Both the position numbers and the translations under genes were made by a program. This document shows, in pieces, positions 22,901-34,684 of a stretch of DNA of 64,000 nucleotides (its first letter is position 1; each line of letters begins with the position of its first letter). Origin of the DNA: Patescibacteria group bacterium (GTDB lineage Bacteria > Patescibacteriota > Microgenomatia > UBA10105 > UBA927); the NCBI GenBank assembly GCA_023379025.1, contig JAMCTH010000004.1, positions 19,740 through 83,739 on the forward strand, read 5' to 3'. A model generated the notes under the pieces. It was given only the letters and a program-made list of their open reading frames with translations, was not told the origin of the DNA and searched no databases.

Positions 22901-25900
22901 CGGAGGGACTACCGCCTGAACCATTCCGGGTTTCGGAAGAGTAAGCGTACGTCCCGCCATACCCTGTGCAAGTTCAAACTGCGGGATGCCGTTTTGCAAA
23001 CCCGTATATCGGATATTCGTGCCGCCGAGGCCTATATAATCCCCTACAGCGAGGGTCCGCGTCTCTCCAAGCGGAAGTTGTTGGCCATTTACCCATGTAC
23101 CGTTGGAGCTTCCGAGTTTTGTCGTCCCGATATCAAATATACTGACCTGGTCTCCTTTTACAGTTATCCCGGAGTGTATTCGTGTTACCCGTGTATCTCC
23201 GGCAATTTTTATCTGGGCATCGGTACCGCGACCGACGATAAATGTCTTACCTTCGTCCGCCGCAGATGGTAGTACCGTACGTGGAACTGTAGTAAGTTGC
23301 CCTGTGGGTTGAGCTACCCGTTCAAATCCGTCAGCCCAACGCGCACCTTGTCCCCGATAGAGTATCTGATCAAGGACATTCCCGCGCGCCTGTAACGACG
23401 CGGGTGCGCGTGCCATGAATCCATCCACATACTGCTCTGCATTGGCAACACCGTTTCTCACGAGCGTACGGGCAATCTCTTCACGGGTCATGAGATACAC
23501 CTGCTCCTGATTCAGACGGAGATTTGGCCTGACAGTATCGATATAATCAAGCACCTGACCAACCGCATCCTGAGCCCGTTGTGGCAATCTTCCTACATCA
23601 ACAAGCTGTGTGGTCACCCGTGCAGGAGCAGTCGGTGGTTGAGGCGGCCCGGCCGGAGGTTGGGCTGCTGGTTGCGGGGCAGCCGGTGCCGGAGGCTGTG
23701 CGACCGGATGAGCAAGCCGGACATCCGTACCCGCAATTGTTGTTGAAATGTCCGTTGACACCTGACCGGGTGCAACAATTTTTATATCCCGGTAGGACGG
23801 CTTAAGAACGACCGGCGTATCTCCCTGAATCGGTACTCCCCGAAGCTGTCCCGCGTCATCCAGATACACGATCCTATCGCCCTGGTTCAGCACTCTGCCG
23901 TTTATGGCATCGCCGGCTCTGACCTCTGAACCGGCACCGTCAAGCGGGCTTGCAGCGCCAAGCGGACGTGCCGCGACCGGTGTCGCTTGAGCCCGGCCTT
24001 CTGCGACTTCTATCGCATGCATCTGATCGGCATAGGTCAAACCGCGCGGCGGAATGAGCCCGAAGCGATTTCCGGCGGCATCAACTGCGTCTACAATATA
24101 ATACTGATCACCCTTTCCGAATAAGCCAAAGAGTCTCGTCCCTTTCCGTGCTGCAACCATCCCGAGGAGATTATTGTCTGCGTCGTACAAGGGATAGAGT
24201 TTTACAGCAGGCGGCACCTTTGCGGTTGCAGCCCGTTCCATATCGGTTAAAATGTAGCCCCGCATCTTTCCTGCAAGTACGCGTTCGGCATCAGTTAACT
24301 CACTGACTGTGGTGATTACACGAGACGTTTCACCGGGGGTCGCCGGCGGCGCAAGGCGCCCGGCCAAATCGGATACTGCATTGCGCGCCCCGTCAGTGAT
24401 ATCACTGAGCGTACTTCCTATCCTTCCAAACACTCCCGCTGCTCCGGTGCCGGCAGGACCGACGGTTGGTGCGCGGCCGGTCACGGCATCCCGAAAATCA
24501 GTCAGGGCTGTCGCGATCCGCTGGCGCGCTGTCGCCAGAGTTCCTCCGATGCCACTCGGAGCGGGTGCCGGCGCAACGGGTACTGCCCCCGGTGCTCCGA
24601 CCCGCGCAAGTGCACCGGTAGGTGTCTGGAATTTCACTGCATTGTTGGCACCGACGACCTCTATGCGGTCGATACTGTCATAGGCTATATTGACGCTCGT
24701 CGGTGTCGTTCCAACGGGAAATTCACGTGTTCCTGCACCATTTTTGAACGTCACAACTATCCGGTCTCCGTCGGCAAGAGGCTGAGAGGCAACCGTATTA
24801 CCGGCCGCATTCGTAGTCACGACGGTTTGTCCGGTTCGGACATCAGAAAGGTACTCTCCCGCAACCGGTTGTGTTGCAGGTTTAGGTACTTCCGCTGCCG
24901 GAGCGTTGTGACCTGAAACATACTGTCCGAAACCTTGTCGTACACCGGGAATCGGTTGTCCTGCCGCCAGCGCCTGGCGTTCAGCGGCCGCCTGAGTCTG
25001 CACCTTGTTGAGTGCAGCAGTGGTATCATCAACTGCCTGCCTGAGTGTGGCAAGCCGTGTCGTATCTGTGACGTTTGCCTGGTAGGCGGCATTGAGGTCC
25101 TGTAACGCTTTCGCCTGTGCTGCCTGTACATCGGTAAGCTCTTGTGCCAGGCTTTGCCGGATGGGAGGCGCTAGTTGGGATGGCGGTACGCCCCGGGCCG
25201 CCCCTGCCGGCGCTGCCTGCGGGTAAATCGTAATGGTTCCTTTAAGATTCACCGGTATCTGGGTGCCGTCGGTCCGTGCGATCACCAGCTGGTCTCCGTA
25301 GGTCAGCCGGTCCGTTCCGAGTGCAATCTCGGTTCTGGTGACATTGCCGCCTGCATCTTTTGTAATTTTGTAGATTTTATCTCCCGGCTGGATTGTCACA
25401 TCCGGCTCTCCGGTTATCGAAATGCGGATCCCCTCGTTCGGTACGAACTGCCCGGCGCCGACCAGGGCTTCCGACGGAGACAGTGCGGTTTTGATGCCCG
25501 TGGAAACTTGCCGCAAATTCTGGTCTATCTGTCCGACCGGAAGTCCCAATAACCGTGCTTCCGGATTTTTGCTGAGTGCCGCCGCAAGGCCGCCGGATTT
25601 GGCAAGTTCCGTCTGGCCGGTGACAAAATCGGTGACACCCTGCACTCCCGGAATCTTTTTCACCAATCCGCCCGCTGCACTGATTGCATCTCCTACCGGA
25701 GTATTCCCGAACCGGTTAAGGGCGTCGCCGGTGCCGGCAGCAATAGATTTAAACGTTCTTCCGGCAAAAGACAGAAATTTGTTGCTGTCCGCTACAACCG
25801 GTTCCGCGGCAGACACCACCGGGGCTGCCTTTGGAAGGATCGAGGAAATGCCGGGAATTTCCGCAAGAACCGGAATAAACCCGAGGCTCGACATGAGGAC

Positions 25901-28900
25901 CATGGTCTTGGCGCTGTCCTGGTCGGCATTGTACTGGGCAATGATATCGCCGCCTGCTTTGGTTGCAACGAGATAGCGCGCATAGATTTTCGAAAGAGTC
26001 CCGAACTCGTTGTATGCTGCTCTCTCCGATGTTGAAAGGCAGGAAGAAAGAAGAGACTCTGACATGCCGGAGGAGACACAATCATTGTATTTTTTGACCG
26101 CTGAAAGAATCTCCTCCGGCGGGACGGTCAGGGCCGGCAGATCTTTGTGGTCAACCGTATCGACCTTAAAATAGGACAGTCGCGGCTGCGCCGTATCGCT
26201 GTCACTTGAAATTTTCTCCGCCAACCGGGCCTGCTCTCTAACCGAACCGCAATCAAGCGATACGTCCGTAAATTGCGTGCCGTTAAACGTGCACGGTACG
26301 CCGAGTACCTGCTGGATGGATCCGCGGCTTACGGCGGATGTAATCCAGTCACCCAGTCCGACCGTGGCATATATTCCGGCCGTATACGCGCCGCCCCAGG
26401 TCGACCCCAATGCTGCGGCGGAGCCGCCGTAAATAGCAAACCCTGTTGCCGCGCCGGCGCCCAAGGAAATGATCGGATTTTCACTCCTGGCCATCGGCTG
26501 TTCCCCGACACCATAGACGATATTGGTGGGATTGGTCAGGAACCGGGAGAGTTTTTTGAGGTTGTTTGTCTGATAATCCACATACGTTGCAAGTGCAAGG
26601 CATTGGGACGCCGTCCAGCTGCCGGTCAGATTCTGACCGTCACACGAACCGCTTGGAGCCGGAGCTGACGCAGGATTGACACCGATCTGGTCAAGGTAAT
26701 TTTTAAAATTTGCACGAAAATGTTTACACTTGTCGGTATCCGTTATCGGACTTTGGGCCGTACAGTCAGGGAGCCCCTCAGCAAAACCCCGGGACAGCCC
26801 TTTGACGCCGTTCAATGCATTGTTACAAATACCGTCAACAACCGGGCCATCACATGGTTTGTAGTATCCGAGAATTGCAACTTTGTCATTGAGTGCGCCG
26901 CTTGCTTTGGTCACGACATCCGCCGGGCATGCAGGAAGCGGCGGTTGCGCGCCAACGAGGCAATCATGGGGTCCCAACGCAGATGTGATATCAAACTGAC
27001 GGTTTGCAAGGCCTCCCAGGAAAAAACCTAAGACCGGAATATTCGTCTGATTTCCGGCAAACAGATTTTCTCCAACACCCGCCGGCGGCTTATCCGTCCC
27101 GCTACATTTATAATAGGTACCGGCCTGAGCTCCGGCAGCGAGACTATTATTCCCGACATAGAAAAAGCTATACGGATGCGCATTACAATAATCCGTTCCG
27201 AATGACCCCTGTTCAACCTCCTGGCGCATTTGCGCCTCGTTCATGGAACCGCCGTATTTGGATGCTGCAGAAACAAGGAGTTCCTGCGTGACATCCTGCG
27301 TCGTTTCATAGGCGGTATAGTTGACGAGGTTCGGAACAACCCCCGGAGCAAGTTTCGGGAGCGTAAAGGCTATCTGCGGAAGCATTTTCTGGACATCGGT
27401 GCAGGATTTTGGATCTTTCTCGGGATCGCACAGCCGGACGAAACTGCCGGTTGCCGGCGGCGTATAAACCAATCCCTTCTCCTGGTTTTGCGGATTGTTT
27501 TCCGCGGTAGCCTGATAATTCGGACAGTAGCTTATTGTCGTTTTGTTGTTGACCGTGTATGCAAACATAGCATTGCCCGTCCCTTTACTGTTCTGGTCCC
27601 AACAGTACTGCGCAGCATATTTAGCCGGATCACAGGGAGGATTTGAAGTTAACGAACATTGCGTATCTATATTGAAAACCTCGGGGTTGGGCAATTTCCC
27701 CTGGGCAAGCTGACTTGCCGCTTCGGGGGACGCTTTAGTGTTGCTATTACAATCAAACCAATCCGTGCCCGTCAACTGGATATACTGTGATTGTCCGGGA
27801 ATTTTGCACAGGGTTTCTGCTTTTTTGACCAACATATCATCCTGGGTCACGTTTCCATAAAGCGGCGCACCCTGGACGTTCATACAGTAAGCCAGTTCTG
27901 TTTTATCCGTAATCCCGCTACAGGCCAGGTAGGCTTTTGCGGACATATCGGCGAGGGAAGCAATGCCGGTCGGGCTCGTAAGTTCTGCGGTTTTGTTTTT
28001 GACACACTCGTTGCGCGCCGCATCTCCGCCAAACGTCTTACTGCATGCCTGAGCAGCCAGAAGTGCCGCTTCCTGGTGAAGCTGTGTGAGTGTTTCAGCC
28101 TGTGTATCGCTTCTGCACTTGTTCATGTCCCGCGCGTCGACGTTGTCGCATGCAGCCGATGTAATTTTCCCCAGAGCATGATCCTGATAATCCTGCGTTG
28201 TTGTTTGGCCGAAAATCGTAGCGCTGTTTTGCGTCATGCAGTAGGTAAAATCTACGCCGCCGTAGTCCCGGCACTTTCCATATACCTTCAGCGAGTAGTC
28301 CGTTAACGCGAGAGACCCGTCAGATGCAGGAGTCTGGAATTGTGCCGTACGATCTCTCACGCACTGAGCCTGTTCCGAAACGCTTCCGCCCTCTTGTACG
28401 CAGACATCCCGGGCGAGTTTGGTCGAGGCTGAGGAAAGATTTGACAACAAATTTTTGGTGGTCGTTTCGACGCAGTCCTTCACAAAACGGCGTTCGTCAT
28501 AACTGCAGTATTCGGCCGCAAGAAGCGACACGGCATCATTCACTTGCTGTACCTGCTTCGCATTGAGTTGAGCTTGTTCTGCCTGTTTCTGGAGCGCAAG
28601 CTGCTTGGTAATTTCCGCGGAACTTTTTTGTTCGTTTGAAAGAATATCCTGGCACTCCTTACTTCCCGTGTCGGCACACGCGGATGCTTTTGTCGTGTCA
28701 TAGGCGGCGTGCGCCTGTGTTTCACAATTTTGGTTTAATCCGAATTTGCTGTTTGCCAGAAGACACGTTTGTCTGGCAACGTCCCCGGCAGTACAGGCGG
28801 CATCTAGACAGGCTGTTTTCTGACTATTCGGAATCAATGCACTATAAACCAATTGCTTTACCTGGCCCTGGGTCAAGGTTGCAACATTGAGATTATTTGC

Positions 28901-29971
28901 TTTGATATACTGTGATGCGGAAGAATTCGGATCTTTCACCGCATCTCCCAACGCCGTCACTGCCGCCCAATAGTCCTGTGTCGCGAGCGCCTGCTGGTTC
29001 CCTTTCCGGGCTTCTTTGCCAATGGCTTCCTCGGCCTGAAGATACGCATCGTTGGCACTGTTCTGGCATGCCGTGGCATTCCCTCCCTGCTGGCTCATGC
29101 AGCTGTTGAAGGCGTTGCGCGCCGCAAGGCACCGGCTGTCGAGTGCGCAGGTGTCGATGGTTTGTGCCGGCGCCGGCGTAGTGGTTATTTGTTGTGTCGT
29201 ACCCTGAGCAGGCGCAACTGTGGAGGTCACGGATGCCTCTGACTTTTCAGTAGGAACGGGTGTTGTCGTTATCGCCGGCGGAGCAGTCGGAACCGGTGTG
29301 GCGATCGTCTGAGTTATATTACACACAGCGGCACACTCCGAAGCTGTATTTCCCTCGCTCAGGCACGTCTGACAGGAGGACATCGCAGGTGTATAGGTGA
29401 TGTTACAGACGGATGCGCACTCGGAGGCCGTATTCCCGTCATTGCGGCATTTGAGACATGCGTCAGTCGGCGGAGAGGTCGTAGGTGTCGGAACAGTCGT
29501 CGAGAGCCCGTTGCAACCATATTCACAGGTAGCATCCGATCCGCCGCGCGCTTTGCATGAACCGATGCAGACGTCGTAATCGGATTGCGCCTGGGGCGAC
29601 GGCTCGGGTACGGCCAACCCATTCTGCGCCGCATAGGGACCGAGTTGGCTAACCGGAGTAGTATTGCTGGCCGCCCGGCTCCGTATCTCCTGCTCCCGCT
29701 CGACGACGTAGATGGAAACGGGCAGGGCAATCGCCATGATAACAAGGACGATCACCGCAAAAATACTGGCAAAACCGGAAGTTGCCGTCAGAGGGGTATC
29801 CGCGCTCCCGCCGGAATGATCCGGAGTCATGACTCTATCAATAGATAAATTACTATATCGGCCGGGACAATTTTTTCCTATCGGCGATTGGGGCCTGCGC
29901 GCTTCGTGAGATATCCGTCGGATGCTGGCAGATAAACCGAGCAGAAATTTCAGCGTATCAATTCCTCTCAA
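10973..29971 (-). CDS. Giant (~6,300 aa) multidomain membrane/surface protein
   Basis: Uninterrupted 19-kb ORF (likely start ATG 29830): N-terminal TM, Cys-rich region, FHA, calcineurin-like phosphoesterase, kinase-like segment, repeats, HELIH zincin, Pro/Thr linker, C-terminal GH5-like domain. Confidence 0.9.
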   Translation of the reverse strand: MRGIDTLKFLLGLSASIRRISHEARRPQSPIGKNCPGRYSNLSIDRVMTPDHSGGSADTPLTATSGFASIFAVIVLVIMAIALPVSIYVVEREQEIRSRAASNTTPVSQLGPYAAQNGLAVPEPSPQAQSDYDVCIGSCKARGGSDATCEYGCNGLSTTVPTPTTSPPTDACLKCRNDGNTASECASVCNITYTPAMSSCQTCLSEGNTASECAAVCNITQTIATPVPTAPPAITTTPVPTEKSEASVTSTVAPAQGTTQQITTTPAPAQTIDTCALDSRCLAARNAFNSCMSQQGGNATACQNSANDAYLQAEEAIGKEARKGNQQALATQDYWAAVTALGDAVKDPNSSASQYIKANNLNVATLTQGQVKQLVYSALIPNSQKTACLDAACTAGDVARQTCLLANSKFGLNQNCETQAHAAYDTTKASACADTGSKECQDILSNEQKSSAEITKQLALQKQAEQAQLNAKQVQQVNDAVSLLAAEYCSYDERRFVKDCVETTTKNLLSNLSSASTKLARDVCVQEGGSVSEQAQCVRDRTAQFQTPASDGSLALTDYSLKVYGKCRDYGGVDFTYCMTQNSATIFGQTTTQDYQDHALGKITSAACDNVDARDMNKCRSDTQAETLTQLHQEAALLAAQACSKTFGGDAARNECVKNKTAELTSPTGIASLADMSAKAYLACSGITDKTELAYCMNVQGAPLYGNVTQDDMLVKKAETLCKIPGQSQYIQLTGTDWFDCNSNTKASPEAASQLAQGKLPNPEVFNIDTQCSLTSNPPCDPAKYAAQYCWDQNSKGTGNAMFAYTVNNKTTISYCPNYQATAENNPQNQEKGLVYTPPATGSFVRLCDPEKDPKSCTDVQKMLPQIAFTLPKLAPGVVPNLVNYTAYETTQDVTQELLVSAASKYGGSMNEAQMRQEVEQGSFGTDYCNAHPYSFFYVGNNSLAAGAQAGTYYKCSGTDKPPAGVGENLFAGNQTNIPVLGFFLGGLANRQFDITSALGPHDCLVGAQPPLPACPADVVTKASGALNDKVAILGYYKPCDGPVVDGICNNALNGVKGLSRGFAEGLPDCTAQSPITDTDKCKHFRANFKNYLDQIGVNPASAPAPSGSCDGQNLTGSWTASQCLALATYVDYQTNNLKKLSRFLTNPTNIVYGVGEQPMARSENPIISLGAGAATGFAIYGGSAAALGSTWGGAYTAGIYATVGLGDWITSAVSRGSIQQVLGVPCTFNGTQFTDVSLDCGSVREQARLAEKISSDSDTAQPRLSYFKVDTVDHKDLPALTVPPEEILSAVKKYNDCVSSGMSESLLSSCLSTSERAAYNEFGTLSKIYARYLVATKAGGDIIAQYNADQDSAKTMVLMSSLGFIPVLAEIPGISSILPKAAPVVSAAEPVVADSNKFLSFAGRTFKSIAAGTGDALNRFGNTPVGDAISAAGGLVKKIPGVQGVTDFVTGQTELAKSGGLAAALSKNPEARLLGLPVGQIDQNLRQVSTGIKTALSPSEALVGAGQFVPNEGIRISITGEPDVTIQPGDKIYKITKDAGGNVTRTEIALGTDRLTYGDQLVIARTDGTQIPVNLKGTITIYPQAAPAGAARGVPPSQLAPPIRQSLAQELTDVQAAQAKALQDLNAAYQANVTDTTRLATLRQAVDDTTAALNKVQTQAAAERQALAAGQPIPGVRQGFGQYVSGHNAPAAEVPKPATQPVAGEYLSDVRTGQTVVTTNAAGNTVASQPLADGDRIVVTFKNGAGTREFPVGTTPTSVNIAYDSIDRIEVVGANNAVKFQTPTGALARVGAPGAVPVAPAPAPSGIGGTLATARQRIATALTDFRDAVTGRAPTVGPAGTGAAGVFGRIGSTLSDITDGARNAVSDLAGRLAPPATPGETSRVITTVSELTDAERVLAGKMRGYILTDMERAATAKVPPAVKLYPLYDADNNLLGMVAARKGTRLFGLFGKGDQYYIVDAVDAAGNRFGLIPPRGLTYADQMHAIEVAEGRAQATPVAARPLGAASPLDGAGSEVRAGDAINGRVLNQGDRIVYLDDAGQLRGVPIQGDTPVVLKPSYRDIKIVAPGQVSTDISTTIAGTDVRLAHPVAQPPAPAAPQPAAQPPAGPPQPPTAPARVTTQLVDVGRLPQRAQDAVGQVLDYIDTVRPNLRLNQEQVYLMTREEIARTLVRNGVANAEQYVDGFMARAPASLQARGNVLDQILYRGQGARWADGFERVAQPTGQLTTVPRTVLPSAADEGKTFIVGRGTDAQIKIAGDTRVTRIHSGITVKGDQVSIFDIGTTKLGSSNGTWVNGQQLPLGETRTLAVGDYIGLGGTNIRYTGLQNGIPQFELAQGMAGRTLTLPKPGMVQAVVPPTPEEAAVTMRINRNIPKNVVDTQVRPIINGITDDLDTQLQQFAGRTNTQGAASVDQLNTATRQAIRDRVNAWLDPRTNPSRSGNSLVFDQVYATTGDLGIARQVEQQIRGLTGDIVNNQIGRATVDAVTTPAGVRYYLRVQPRVVAPPAPVAEPVRLARSAQSQIGDVSKGIAPNINEGLNAAARNRAQELIAQGITDERVIRQEIQRAAGEYFDRQIIGSGWARNEAQRMLSNQTLATDVEQTLKGARQQFLDSLNQRITVRATAGVGRTSVAVGDVHGDWDQLVRMTSGQSRSVEGKVVGKQLLDPSGHWIGGPNDELVLTGDFVDRAPTGVSSVGTAERIMNLQREAGVNPTTGQLRVKTFLGNHDAAMVYSYDQMESFISRGMSIQEAAQLAAQTSPIDPGATVADLIELHGKPQVAQFLKSLKAIDLNDGLLYFHADTVNYLQYGRTVDEVNANIRTILQKGSATFTDASGRTVTKTLRELAGDLTTRGQLNSQGVDMMLRQYGGKGIVHGHSEGGVPIDPRVTNIDGGLSEYYADRAGGQGVTRGKFLESQTSGGGHATVDVGQATSIPRMRVVQQPVALAQEGPMLHQLPGAASVISSKIFGSDSAITRTLSKAEDAVLAIENRFSSSPIPKFQDQMAVTNTLDRVYTGIRNSGVAGEIQILDDSGTVLRAARLDETTATSLAASYETVRGQQIRFVPDAANARVQTFRAPAPDTAYGFVRTDTPSLFDRWFNRQPAVRPAQQLAGAPEIPAIAPPADAPVVLEDAATVKGRVVATPVTADFAATSPEALDAIPADVIDQIRSGELTAYVLSDTQGSSLGFAVGNVRTNRLPVVVSDVPVDTQWAAILDAEHAPTIGPGAGASAEAGPTQVRVLTRSAANEPITPENPFSLQVGDRITLREQDGVQTVLDTGKIDVGDTVELTLSTGRRVSATVYQEQPHIFTDIRVGERVSNIRVTDAAGNTKIVGNAPVDVTLTRVEVVPVPESLRQAQEIPVAQAGVPAVPRQNPLQALWNRFFGPKEPAVPAPEAPVAPAVVPPSRSIPAEALPGSEVIADFRPGQTLLSREPGNPLPVTTTLQEGDRVVVSFKGTTATREFAVGSDPVAVNVPESDIAGIRVVNSRGVMTFESPGAAPVTVSSGAVGIVPYTGDVIATPVTPAFAQGSEEAWASVPQTLRNDVISGRATVYVISDTNGHSLGFATRTTDGTLFAPAVHVDNFKQWGAILDAEHVPTLARPPEPPIIEPPVQAPQLTEGQHLTPPGILTPQSYGRTVADEWLNIATRFTDQPQGSGVSDAMLRQLESFIEPGKLPSEYFGLSIPDKIAYIRANTATLLTPDVYVALSDYALSHLEAITKSYTVPEFRSQPFNRAISRALDSVPDITGIDRVIQNDGIELNLIRRANGSRYVVYQRAVGSNIQQVQLRVRDLEGLIPPTEVISQPDGSVLILTRYLEGSQPELADIPGVVRTAEALAEHGFVADMAPVNFRMTADGVAVYADRQVTDFLVSAEPAYTSQNVVARFNENLATLERQYPTATIPQVSLTAQDTELALQPGMKLVKVSPDGTVTDSIILHTGDRISMYDGAGRPIVQSQPLGQIQAPLTLSGSDSVVITPPGEPSFAAARTEIQQSSRTIFERIRDIFYRPPAEPPVSPAPVVATAPVEIPPVPPEAPSPGTVTVRGSVVATPVTPEFAASSPEALQELPGDVIQQIQNGDLRAYVLYDTQGDSLGFAAADVTGNRFPVVVRGVSVDSQWAAIVDSEMPPTITGPRTSYSLVAGDRIMTPRNGVTYQNIGQELRAGDVVTVTYREKILGLIPERQTITVGAEPIGLRYDPSDVTAVRVTSGTASTNVVVLPGKGVEVFRASEYVPNVVVAPSGSALPVVSQVTVPPIVAAPSEGTVLTSGMKLLKTSPDGAVTDTVILHNGDTVTVYDRFGRPTGTGTIGGTEAPLRILPGDGVVISPPGKQSFAASSAQLSVTDRSLLERIRDLFYRPSGRPGVPPLDSSEAMISSLVRQTQYDLASVRVAAGDLDRQITALRTAGQTVDPALEQQLARLEQQATDLSSQLTRQEAAAASYARSGLGTTPPRPPAVQPVTSSVRPTAGDVISDFRPGQTVRTTNASGNAITSPALADGDRVVIRFTNGATREFPVGTTPTVANVPTASVDSIQILSRDGSLRFETPGGRGVSVVTPSTQTQLVFNSLGSRPFADNLLVRDVPAIEVSADIIRSRAQLDDIIEAPLLRPTRDLWDKNIPTSVTSANGKNVGSVAYLEIPADGLSAENKAIAVRLGARYLEADNVYRFEIPVSAETTAVQVEDQMLAITSQFQDQAFPTVGQYRPLTYAEVYQIMEGKLPEGRPIDPIQLGKEAGGYFYDPQTQLFYQSEEIANKIKANVLYSGEPALQPSGETVSGATISDFRPGQTVRTTNASGNAITSPALADGDRVVIRFTNGATREFPVGTTPTVANVPTASVDSIQILSRDGSLRFETPGGRGVSVVTPTTAGGVPVTGTAPAVEPVVTTSSSDLNALIAQTEADLEATRKNLSELITEQTTAEAAGKPVAPVLRSKIAQENQKLVDLITREARQQAAAASLAQSGLVPMETAGGAGSGGILGRLRTLWNERPTLLGGTGGVPTGAATRTLAAVQAEVEAAERELVDATNAYTGTTTAEARNAAQSRLDIARARVDAVQQELVGMEHPVTTFTPRPGTRVLIGDQPEVGFLPEDKLFRMTRDPGGNIVRTEISLGTTPVSYGDQIIIQRIDGSEIPVRFQGDRITILPGPHPAGAVESPMHLTPAEGQTVTTVAPLSSQELAGRTPGQTIRRIFGIKEQPPVENPVLTIEKRYLGGLVREEHPIGTGSEVTITVFDENGKEVNRIVAHPMNDQEAVQAINTARTSAQNPASSSLRISILNPGRDPDVFTLTAEELASNTGRGGAIQLPAINGRKLLLAGGITVGIAGASEAYCLNTGEPVSEWLCDNILPPVDAIRLRLSGLSAQDLQRNSAIAAIDAADKARLAELANQTCTTGDMEVLPSKTRVVTCTPEKKWNGECLPGDYMLDTSGHTLECGSDYTFTIITDVQRAGEIAQLAYSTVAQQLALDAKYNIKVLATRGYWTPDELNILDNTLAILPPNLSTGRLIDLMMRSNVDQGYLGGEAWGNSSIMIPWPLRPDDNYYRESYASAIIHELIHTWDMQRYAVLSAPNQGGTMVGLASERSDYRAILATYNIEFRPGDGKAAAYSANTVLSHDYNCSVGGRMEFFACAGTQYVVHPEQLKNDFPLLYDYYKTKVFNGREYIGQGENILETIVQTARAQSLGSAQSVTGALLPQNAETGYSLPTWPTVGLSGLVNLPHVTPAPAPAPGASSVAPQTPSSPSSSSGGGGTNQSSGGIQAQASAAVSGPIGGGPALVYLLPTATPTPTPTPTPTATPTPVPTATPTPIPTATPTPTPTPTPTATPTPVPTATPTPAPTATPTPYQTGQNTYYYPPVARAPTPTPYLYRGNIALLPSPTGSEPYASPTLIPGLSSVTPTPTPVTMPLKNVKEKPEGPGFLDGLRNALSGIFRRGWEFLASVWNAIVTSIQRIIRLPVTSSSGLRGGKGYLPGYVADVRSTNHAIIQCGSESEPCPSPQTKASGTAITVTQNNFIGFNSFNLGKGSPEQVAKTLSYLHAQGVTVVRIFGFDEQSILAVLDHVPADAPDMKFIISLANFGEIDPQYQCTDPPACTGSRMKWFQKGAYDSYIPYIKQISNSVLANTVYNKRILAVELFNEPHCDTAECGTAEIALMTDAAQIIHESNPTVLISPGLMGFNTNVLAYPDGGVQYTKIMQIPFISAGTCHAYLDSPESVRECQQAQAVTQSLGKVFYVGELGDHGNGPPVCKDCEPSCSSASGTPSCTPEQFAGRAQALASAVKKFTKDNGGVLLWQFSQLQDSNGIDGYSIYPNDPVFTAIANDQTIQAYTQQTFSYMATASAMTVVR
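12415..12665 (-). repeat. Pro/Thr low-complexity linker (TPTP/TATP repeats) in the giant protein
   Basis: [27 protein letters not shown]... tandem degenerate repeats. Confidence 0.85.
15402..16576. repeat. ~254-bp direct repeats (15402-15655 and 16323-16576) flanking an AT-rich in-frame segment
   Basis: Offset 921 bp; 152-bp identical core 15447-15598 = 16368-16519. Confidence 0.9.
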
Positions 29972-30083
29972 TAACTATATTAATAATAATGGCTCTCTAT
30001 TCAACGTATAAAATATTTTTCACGCTGTCAAGCGCTTGACAGGAGAACCTAGACGTGTTCCGGAATTCACCCGTTGCGGAAAA

Positions 30084-30668
30084 TCAGTTTCGGGGCAATC
30101 TGAACCTCTGTTCGTCTGCCTTATAAAGGACCACAAAGGATATCATGAGCGTGAGTATGCCAAGGGTGGCAGCCGCGGGGCCGGGTGCGGCAAAGACAGA
30201 CCGCGGCCGGGTGAAAACCACCCGGAAAAAAAGAAACAGATAGGCCATCTGGACGGGAAACGAGATCATGTGCCACCAGCCGGGAAAATTCCAGTGAAAC
30301 GGGCGCGGCATGGACCAGTTAGTAAGACCGAGTTTCCCCTGGGCATAGTGCGCCATTACATCAATGCCGAGTCCTACGCCAAACGCGAGCGTCAGTCCGG
30401 CAAATCCCCCGATAACGGCAAACATATCCTGTCCGGTTCTTTGACTAATACTTACTATAATATAGTATACCAATACATTGATTACAGGAACAATAATGCC
30501 GTCACCGATAAAGCCTGTGTAGTATTGCAATAACGTCTTTTCGCCTTTGAATGCATCCGTATCTCTTTGTTTCCGATAGATATAGTATCCCAATTGCACG
30601 AACCAGTTCATAAAAAGACTGAGGAAAATAATGACAAGAACCATAGCGACACTCATACCGGACATCAT
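30084..30668 (-). CDS. Hypothetical multi-pass membrane protein
   Basis: About 5 hydrophobic helices; upstream of and co-oriented with the giant gene. Confidence 0.7.
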   Translation of the reverse strand: MMSGMSVAMVLVIIFLSLFMNWFVQLGYYIYRKQRDTDAFKGEKTLLQYYTGFIGDGIIVPVINVLVYYIIVSISQRTGQDMFAVIGGFAGLTLAFGVGLGIDVMAHYAQGKLGLTNWSMPRPFHWNFPGWWHMISFPVQMAYLFLFFRVVFTRPRSVFAAPGPAAATLGILTLMISFVVLYKADEQRFRLPRN

Positions 30669-30692
30669 ACCACAAACTATCCGGACTCCTTA

Positions 30693-30734
30693 GATTCAAC
30701 AAGTTAACGCGACCGCTGTTAATAATTGAAGCTA
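30693..30734. repeat. Dispersed palindrome copy 3
   Basis: gattcaacaagttaacgcgaccgctgttaataattgaagcta aligns with 144-185. Confidence 0.8.
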
Positions 30735-30864
30735 CAAAGAAAGTATCTTTTCCTCCTGCTCTCTCCTCGTGTTTCTCTCGCCCTTTCTTCCCATCTTCCC
30801 CTCTTCTTCTCTTTATACTATAATGTTAGCCTATAGCACTTTACCAATGTCCCCTTCTTGAAAG

Positions 30865-31362
30865 GTGATGAGCTTTCTCATCTTCTCTCAAGGAGGGGGT
30901 CTGGGGAAAATCCAAAAAAGGGAGAAAAACGTGATTTACAGAGTAGTCCCAGCAGATCAAGATGGTGTACCATTACCACTCGCGTTATATCTGGCATGTC
31001 AATGTGTGCAATGTAGAATGACATGGCATGGCGGAACCATTGTCGAAGTACACAGCATGGATGCAATTGACGAGCTGATGTGCGAAGTGTTGCGCTTCGG
31101 TCCAGACCTATCAAACGCGCGCTTCATCCAACTACATCAACTTCCACAACGATCCGAGTGGTTTACGATCTTCTGCAAACCAGATGATCGACAGGATATT
31201 CAGAATTATGCCATGGGGTTAGCGCTTCACTATTTCCATGGTATGCAACGCGGCGCTAACCAAATACACGTGTTCGCTGAAACCACGGCCGAACAAGTTG
31301 CAGGGCTTCTGAACTATATGCTCCCAACTGAATTCGCCGACGCTGTCGTGACTGTGCAGTAA
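30865..31362 (+). CDS. Hypothetical protein
   Basis: 165-aa ORF without a recognised motif; start uncertain. Confidence 0.45.
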   Translation: MMSFLIFSQGGGLGKIQKREKNVIYRVVPADQDGVPLPLALYLACQCVQCRMTWHGGTIVEVHSMDAIDELMCEVLRFGPDLSNARFIQLHQLPQRSEWFTIFCKPDDRQDIQNYAMGLALHYFHGMQRGANQIHVFAETTAEQVAGLLNYMLPTEFADAVVTVQ

Positions 31363-32011
31363 ATCAAATACCCCCGACCCTCCCTGTTCGTTTCGGGGAC
31401 ACTGCCTCTGTCATTGCTCTGCAAACAAATCGGCCTTACCGAAGGTCCGGGTGCCGCCAACATTGGTGGTGCTTGTTTTTGTTTGCGTTGTGATGACGAT
31501 CTGTGCAGTGTCCCCGAGTATTTTCCGTGCACCTCTTTCCCGCGGTCGCAACTATCCGCCGGATCCGGAAAGTTTCCAGCATCAGAAATTCCCAACGATC
31601 ACACAACAAGGAACATCCTGGTTAAACAATCGCCCCCCCACACATCTTCAGGATCTTAAAGGTCTTCTGAACCTCTCTCACGATCCCAAGAACTCCCAGA
31701 AGGCGCTTTGGATCGCATGACAGAGACAAAAAACGGCGTCTCCTCTCCCAAGGCGCGCAAATCCCATGCAGGCGTAAAATTAGTTTACGGGCAGATCACG
31801 TGGTTGGCTCGTACACTACATTGCAGGCAAGAATTAAGCTTCTCCCGATATGCGCGTCTGCCGTCTGATCCGGAAACACCCGCTTTCCTATCCATGTCTC
31901 ACCTCCCGCACAAAAGAGATGCAAAACACGAAGCCCAAACTTCGCATCCTGTTCTTCCTTCAAGCCCCGTGCTCTTGCACCCCAAGCCATTCTGTGGTCA
32001 TATGGATATAT

Positions 32012-32779
32012 ATGACCTGTCCCAGAAATGACGGGAGGCTCCGGGAGATGACGGTTCCAAGACCCGGAGACACGCCCCTTACCTATCACCGCTGTGACAC
32101 CTGCGGCGGCGTGTGGATCCGGGGATTTGATGCCAATTTCCTTCCCGTTTCCGAGTATGCCAAAAAACTAGCTTCGCAGGGCGACGCCCTGCGAAGCTAT
32201 CCTGACGACGGGACGCTTCCCGGATATCTCGTCTGCCCCGTCTGCGCATTTGCCATCCCGCGCGCGACCGGCCCCAACATCCCTGATGACGTCCGGATAT
32301 TTCGCTGCCCGAACGGACACGGATATTTTTTCCCGAGCGGCCAGCTCGCCAGATTCAAAGAAGCGCAGGAAACCAAAATCGCCTACCACAAACTCTGGCA
32401 TCTCCCCCTTTCTTCCGTCGGAGCGACCCTTCTCACCGGATTTTTTGGCCTCCTGCTTTCCCTCGGGCTTATCATGAGTGCACTCCGCAATTATCAGGCG
32501 GTCGACCAGACGACCCGGGCCCAGGACCTCATCCGCTACCAGCAGGTGACGGCAATTCCCGGAACACGAAACGTAACGGTGACGGCAACCACCGCGACCA
32601 AGGTAACGCTCAGCCTCTGGGTAGACGGCATACGGGGACCGGATCTTAGCTCACCGGACGGGCTCTCCCATACGGCAGAACTCACGGATCTTGCCGCCGG
32701 AACGCATACGTATTCCTTTACCTTTATACGCGGCGGCAAAATGCTCCGTTCCCGGACCCAATCCTTCACGGTCCGCTGA
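32012..32779 (+). CDS. Protein with two TFIIB-type zinc-ribbon-like motifs, a TM helix and a C-terminal beta-rich domain
   Basis: MTCPRND...RCDTCGGVWI and CPVC...RCPNGHGYFF; TM LLTGFFGLLLSLGLIM. Confidence 0.65.
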   Translation: MTCPRNDGRLREMTVPRPGDTPLTYHRCDTCGGVWIRGFDANFLPVSEYAKKLASQGDALRSYPDDGTLPGYLVCPVCAFAIPRATGPNIPDDVRIFRCPNGHGYFFPSGQLARFKEAQETKIAYHKLWHLPLSSVGATLLTGFFGLLLSLGLIMSALRNYQAVDQTTRAQDLIRYQQVTAIPGTRNVTVTATTATKVTLSLWVDGIRGPDLSSPDGLSHTAELTDLAAGTHTYSFTFIRGGKMLRSRTQSFTVR

Positions 32780-32813
32780 TGCTGTCCCCTACGGGGGGCG
32801 GAAGTATCGAAGG

Positions 32814-33344
32814 TTACTCGAGCTCCTTTTCCCTGCCCCAGCGCTTCCAGTTGGGATTGACGGAGCCGAGCGTGATGTAATCATCGGCAACGTCAAAGAC
32901 ATAGTGGATGAGCATGGCGCCAAAAAGGATCACGCCGACGCGCCAATCATAGAAGTAGGAAAAAACTGAACACCCCAGAAGTATCGCCATGACGTAATAG
33001 TTATGGGAAGCGAGCTTGGTATTTTTTTTATGCCCGCTTTCGATATGGAGGAAAAGGTTACGCCATTCATGCTCCCGCAAAAACTGCCGCAGCTGCCTGG
33101 TATACGTTTCGGTCCGTCCGTAGGTCACAAAGTATATCAGGTGATCCGCATCGGGAAGAAGCGATCCGACGACGGAAAACCAAATCCAGCGCGGGTTAAA
33201 CTCATGCCACCGCTCCCGAAGATACCATGCCCAGATAAGCCCCAACAAAAGATGGTAAAACTCATGCCTGCCGTGCCAGACCAAAAACCCCAATCCTTTT
33301 ATCCGGGCGACATTGCGGCTCATATCTGCATGATAGGAAATCAC
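32814..33344 (-). CDS. Membrane-bound metal-dependent hydrolase (YdjM-like)
   Basis: GSLLPDADH, SHN and HYVFD motifs with TM helices. Confidence 0.7.
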   Translation of the reverse strand: MISYHADMSRNVARIKGLGFLVWHGRHEFYHLLLGLIWAWYLRERWHEFNPRWIWFSVVGSLLPDADHLIYFVTYGRTETYTRQLRQFLREHEWRNLFLHIESGHKKNTKLASHNYYVMAILLGCSVFSYFYDWRVGVILFGAMLIHYVFDVADDYITLGSVNPNWKRWGREKELE

Positions 33345-34528
33345 CGGCGGTAATGCAATTGCGGTGACGGCGTCTTCCGCTTCCCTTCATGAAACTGTTT
33401 GTAATGCGTGAGTATTCTCCCGTAAAATTTTTCGGTCTCTCCGACAGCGTTTTCCCAGGTGTACTTCCTGCTTTCCCCGCGTGCCCAGAGCTTGGCGGCA
33501 TGATAGAGTTTTTTGTCCGAAAAAAGTGTCCGGAAGGCGGAAGAAAGGCCGCGGATAGTACCGTTTTCCACCAATAATTTCTTCGCGGGAGACGTACGGA
33601 AAAGTTCCTGAAACGGTCCGTTCATAAACCCCACCACCGGGAGTCCCGCAGCCATGGCTTCCAATGCCGTTATCCCGAATGCCTCGTCGCTGTACGGGGC
33701 GCAGAAAATATCATGCGTGCCATACAACCGGTACTTTTCCCGCTCCGAAACGCGTCCGGGGATACGGACATACGGTTTGAGACCGTGTTCCTCTACATAC
33801 CGTTCTGCTGCCTGCCGGTCCGGGCCGTCCCCGGCTATCGTAAGCGTAACCATCGGAAACGTCCTCACCAGCAAACGAACCGTTTCGAGAAGCGGCTCCC
33901 ATCCTTTGCGCTGGACCAGGCGCCCGACAAACAACAGTTTATAGGCAAACGGATGTTCCGATGGCGTGGTGTAAAATACCGGATCCACCCCGGGATAGAT
34001 GACGGATTGCGGGATGCTCCTATCGAGCATCTGACTCCAGCAGCGCGAAACGTGCTCTGACACAAAGATGATGCCGCCGCGGAACGTTTCCGTCCTGGGT
34101 TTGAGGATCGGCAGGACCGTATCCAGAAACGAAAGACTGGATGAGGCGTCCCAGCTTGCATTAAACGTCGCAACGATCGGGATGCGGAGATTATGGAGAA
34201 GGTCAAAGGCAACAAACGGCACCTGCGGATCCTGAATGTGGCAGAGGTCGAAGCGGCCGGGAGAAATGCACGCCGACAGGGCAGGCTTCGTAACGTACGG
34301 GACCGTAATACCGGTCAGGTTGCCGTTGGGCATGGGGACCGGCACGGCGTGGCAGACGCCGCGGTACTTCCGGTACGGCAACATCGGCTTTCCCGCCGGG
34401 CCGAACACCGTCACCCGGTGCCCCCGTTTCTCGAGAAAGGTACTTAAAAAAAACGTCGCCTCCTGCACGCCGCCGGCGACGGTCGGGTCCGGATACGTAA
34501 ACAAGGCGATGCGGAGCGGTCGGGTCAT
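33341..34528 (-). CDS. GT4-family glycosyltransferase (PimA-like)
   Basis: GGVQE, LFVGRLVQRKG, EAFGITALEAMAAG. Confidence 0.9.
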   Translation of the reverse strand: MTRPLRIALFTYPDPTVAGGVQEATFFLSTFLEKRGHRVTVFGPAGKPMLPYRKYRGVCHAVPVPMPNGNLTGITVPYVTKPALSACISPGRFDLCHIQDPQVPFVAFDLLHNLRIPIVATFNASWDASSSLSFLDTVLPILKPRTETFRGGIIFVSEHVSRCWSQMLDRSIPQSVIYPGVDPVFYTTPSEHPFAYKLLFVGRLVQRKGWEPLLETVRLLVRTFPMVTLTIAGDGPDRQAAERYVEEHGLKPYVRIPGRVSEREKYRLYGTHDIFCAPYSDEAFGITALEAMAAGLPVVGFMNGPFQELFRTSPAKKLLVENGTIRGLSSAFRTLFSDKKLYHAAKLWARGESRKYTWENAVGETEKFYGRILTHYKQFHEGKRKTPSPQLHYRR

Positions 34529-34684
34529 AGAGGTTGCCCAATAGTACGATACCGACGCCGGGAAAACAAATGAAGGAACCGGGTAGATGACGGGTTAGTT
34601 CGTTAGTTCGTTCGCAGGAACGAAAAAAGATGCAACTATTTATTGTAATCTTCTGAGCGCTTATGAAGTTCCCGACGTCTTCTC

